Assembly: GCA_019429325.1 (NCBI GenBank) | Contig: JAHYJA010000002.1 | Location: forward strand, 1-59,949 | Direction of reading: 5' to 3' | Length of the DNA stretch: 59,949 nt | Source of the DNA: Bacteroidales bacterium | GTDB lineage: Bacteria; Bacteroidota; Bacteroidia; Bacteroidales; VadinHA17 | Shown here: positions 58,324-59,949 of the stretch, one piece after another | Layout of the letters: every line of letters starts with the position of its first letter | How positions within the stretch are numbered: position 1 is the stretch's first letter | Program-made: the position numbers and the translations under genes | Notes under the pieces: generated by a model | Database searches by the model: none | Seen by the model: the letters and a program-made list of their open reading frames with translations, nothing else | What the model was told of the DNA's origin: nothing

Positions 58324-59949
58324 TCATACATTCGGCCTTGCACCTTCAGGAGCTTCATGCATCCGTCCATGGCAATGCTTGTATTTCTTCCCGCTGCCAC
58401 AGGGGCACGGATCGTTTCTGCCTATCTTTTTGTCGACCCTCACCGGTTCAGCTTTCTGATTCCTGTCAGGCCCGCCCCCTGTACTGCTGTATTGAGAGAA
58501 ATCGCTTTTTGAAGTGCGGTATTTGCTCATATCAACCTGTCGTCTTCTCTGGGCCTCCTTAACCTGCTCAGGATCCTGTACGGGAATATGTCCTTTCATG
58601 AGCGTACTTACGACATCCTTATTTACCTTCATTACCATTGTCTTGAAGAGCTCAAATGATTCGAACTTATAAATAAGCAGGGGATCTTTCTGTTCGTAGG
58701 TGGCGTTCTGAACCGACTGTTTGAGTTCGTCCATCTCACGCAGGTGCTCCTTCCACGCATCATCTATGGTGGCAAGAACAATGGTCTTCTCATATGCCTT
58801 TGCCAGTTCCTTTCCTTCCGATTCGGCGGCCAGCTTAAGGTTGGTCACTACCTGAAATACCTTTATTCCGTCGGAGATGGGAACAACGACGTTTTCATAA
58901 GCATGTGCCATTCTGTCGTAAACATCCTTGAGAACAGGGTAGGCTTGCTGAGAAATTGTTTCTTCCTTACGTTTATGGGTATCAAGCACCTTTGCATAGA
59001 CCTGATCAACTATTTGTTCCGGGCTGATTTTCAGAAACTCTTCCCTGGGAACAGGTGAATCCATTGAAAATGACCTGATAAGGTCAAAATCGAACCCTTC
59101 AAAGTCTCCCTCTTTCTGATAAGTCTCGACAAGATTCTCAGTGACATCGTACATCATATTGGCTATATCGACACTCAGTCTTTCACCGAGCAGGGCATGG
59201 CGTCTCTTTTTATATATCACCTCCCTCTGTGAATTCATCACATCATCATATTCGAGAAGCCTTTTCCTGATGCCGAAATTATTTTCCTCAACTTTTTTCT
59301 GAGCCCTTTCGATTGATTTCGTGATCATAGGGTGCTGGATCATTTCACCGTCCTTAAGGCCGAGCTTGTCCATTATCCCGGCTATTCTTTCAGAGCCGAA
59401 CAATCTCATCAGTTCATCTTCGAGCGAAACGAAGAACTGGGAGGAACCGGGATCTCCCTGGCGTCCGGAGCGGCCCCTCAGCTGACGGTCCACCCTTCTG
59501 GATTCATGCCGTTCGGTGCCAACGATGGCAAGTCCCCCTGCCTGCCTGACTTCTTCTGTCAGCTTTATGTCGGTTCCCCGACCTGCCATATTGGTTGCAA
59601 TAGTAACAGTGCCTGCTTTCCCGGCCTCAGCCACTATCTCAGCCTCGCGCTGATGCAGTTTCGCGTTGAGAACATTATGCCTGAGTCCCTTCATCTTGAG
59701 CATCCTGCTCAGCAGTTCTGAAATTTCGACCGAGGTTGTACCCACCAGCACGGGACGACCCTGACGATTCATGCTGGCTATTTCGTCGATTACCGCATTA
59801 TATTTTTCCCTCTTTGTCTTATAAACCTGATCCTCCCTGTCGAACCTGATGACCGGCCTGTTCGTGGGAATAACAACAACGTCGAGCTTGTAGATGTTCC
59901 AGAACTCTCCTGCCTCTGTTTCGGCTGTTCCCGTCCTTCCGGCCAGCTT
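58324..59949 (-). CDS. secA: preprotein translocase ATPase SecA (C-terminal ~540 aa; 5' end outside window)
   Basis: The frame stays open from 59772 to the window edge (...[32 protein letters not shown]...). The C-terminal zinc motif [14 protein letters not shown] is present. Confidence 0.95.
   Translation of the reverse strand, partial: KLAGRTGTAETEAGEFWNIYKLDVVVIPTNRPVIRFDREDQVYKTKREKYNAVIDEIASMNRQGRPVLVGTTSVEISELLSRMLKMKGLRHNVLNAKLHQREAEIVAEAGKAGTVTIATNMAGRGTDIKLTEEVRQAGGLAIVGTERHESRRVDRQLRGRSGRQGDPGSSQFFVSLEDELMRLFGSERIAGIMDKLGLKDGEMIQHPMITKSIERAQKKVEENNFGIRKRLLEYDDVMNSQREVIYKKRRHALLGERLSVDIANMMYDVTENLVETYQKEGDFEGFDFDLIRSFSMDSPVPREEFLKISPEQIVDQVYAKVLDTHKRKEETISQQAYPVLKDVYDRMAHAYENVVVPISDGIKVFQVVTNLKLAAESEGKELAKAYEKTIVLATIDDAWKEHLREMDELKQSVQNATYEQKDPLLIYKFESFELFKTMVMKVNKDVVSTLMKGHIPVQDPEQVKEAQRRRQVDMSKYRTSKSDFSQYSSTGGGPDRNQKAEPVRVDKKIGRNDPCPCGSGKKYKHCHGRMHEAPEGARPNV

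Overview
About 60 kb of densely packed chromosome, most likely from an anaerobic, fermentative member of the Bacteroidota. Pointers to that origin: TAnnTTTG -7 promoter boxes just upstream of several genes, an ExbB-ExbD-ExbD-TonB cluster, a CarboxypepD_reg-type domain, pyrK-pyrD class 1B dihydroorotate dehydrogenase, butyrate/acetate kinase pathways and a type-A RNase P RNA. I call 55 protein-coding genes, two of them truncated by the window edges, plus one ncRNA (rnpB on the minus strand, 24714-25106, which explains two spurious ORFs in the track). Most genes are housekeeping: secA, ligA, dapA, argS, ffh, folD, truA, aroE, queA, kdsA, rarA, pyrDK, galKM, ackA-pta and ptb-buk. I found no transposase, integrase, phage, CRISPR, tRNA or rRNA signal, so this reads as core genome rather than an accessory island. 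Items worth a second look: (1) an atypical AmmeMemoRadiSam operon (49.6-54.8 kb). Its MEMO-like and AMMECR1 components are fused into one signal-peptide-bearing protein. An 810-aa polytopic membrane protein with a degenerate spermidine-synthase fold sits between that fusion and the radical SAM gene. The radical SAM enzyme has a Tat/Sec-like N-terminus. (2) A translationally coupled pair (2.9-5.6 kb): an opine-dehydrogenase-family enzyme and a fused B12-binding-domain/mutase-barrel-like protein with CxHxxG instead of DxHxxG, abutting an Lrp/AsnC regulator. (3) A 750-bp AT-rich non-coding region (8.4-9.2 kb) with four TTACA-N2-TGTAA palindromes at the promoter of an XRE-type regulator. (4) A 15-unit heptanucleotide repeat (10395-10499). 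(5) A five-gene pta-ackA-ptb-ptb-buk operon with two diverged ptb paralogues. (6) A PstS-like/TPR/ExbBDD/TonB cluster. (7) A ComA (phosphosulfolactate synthase) homologue. All functional calls come from by-eye motif recognition in the translated ORFs; no database search was run.
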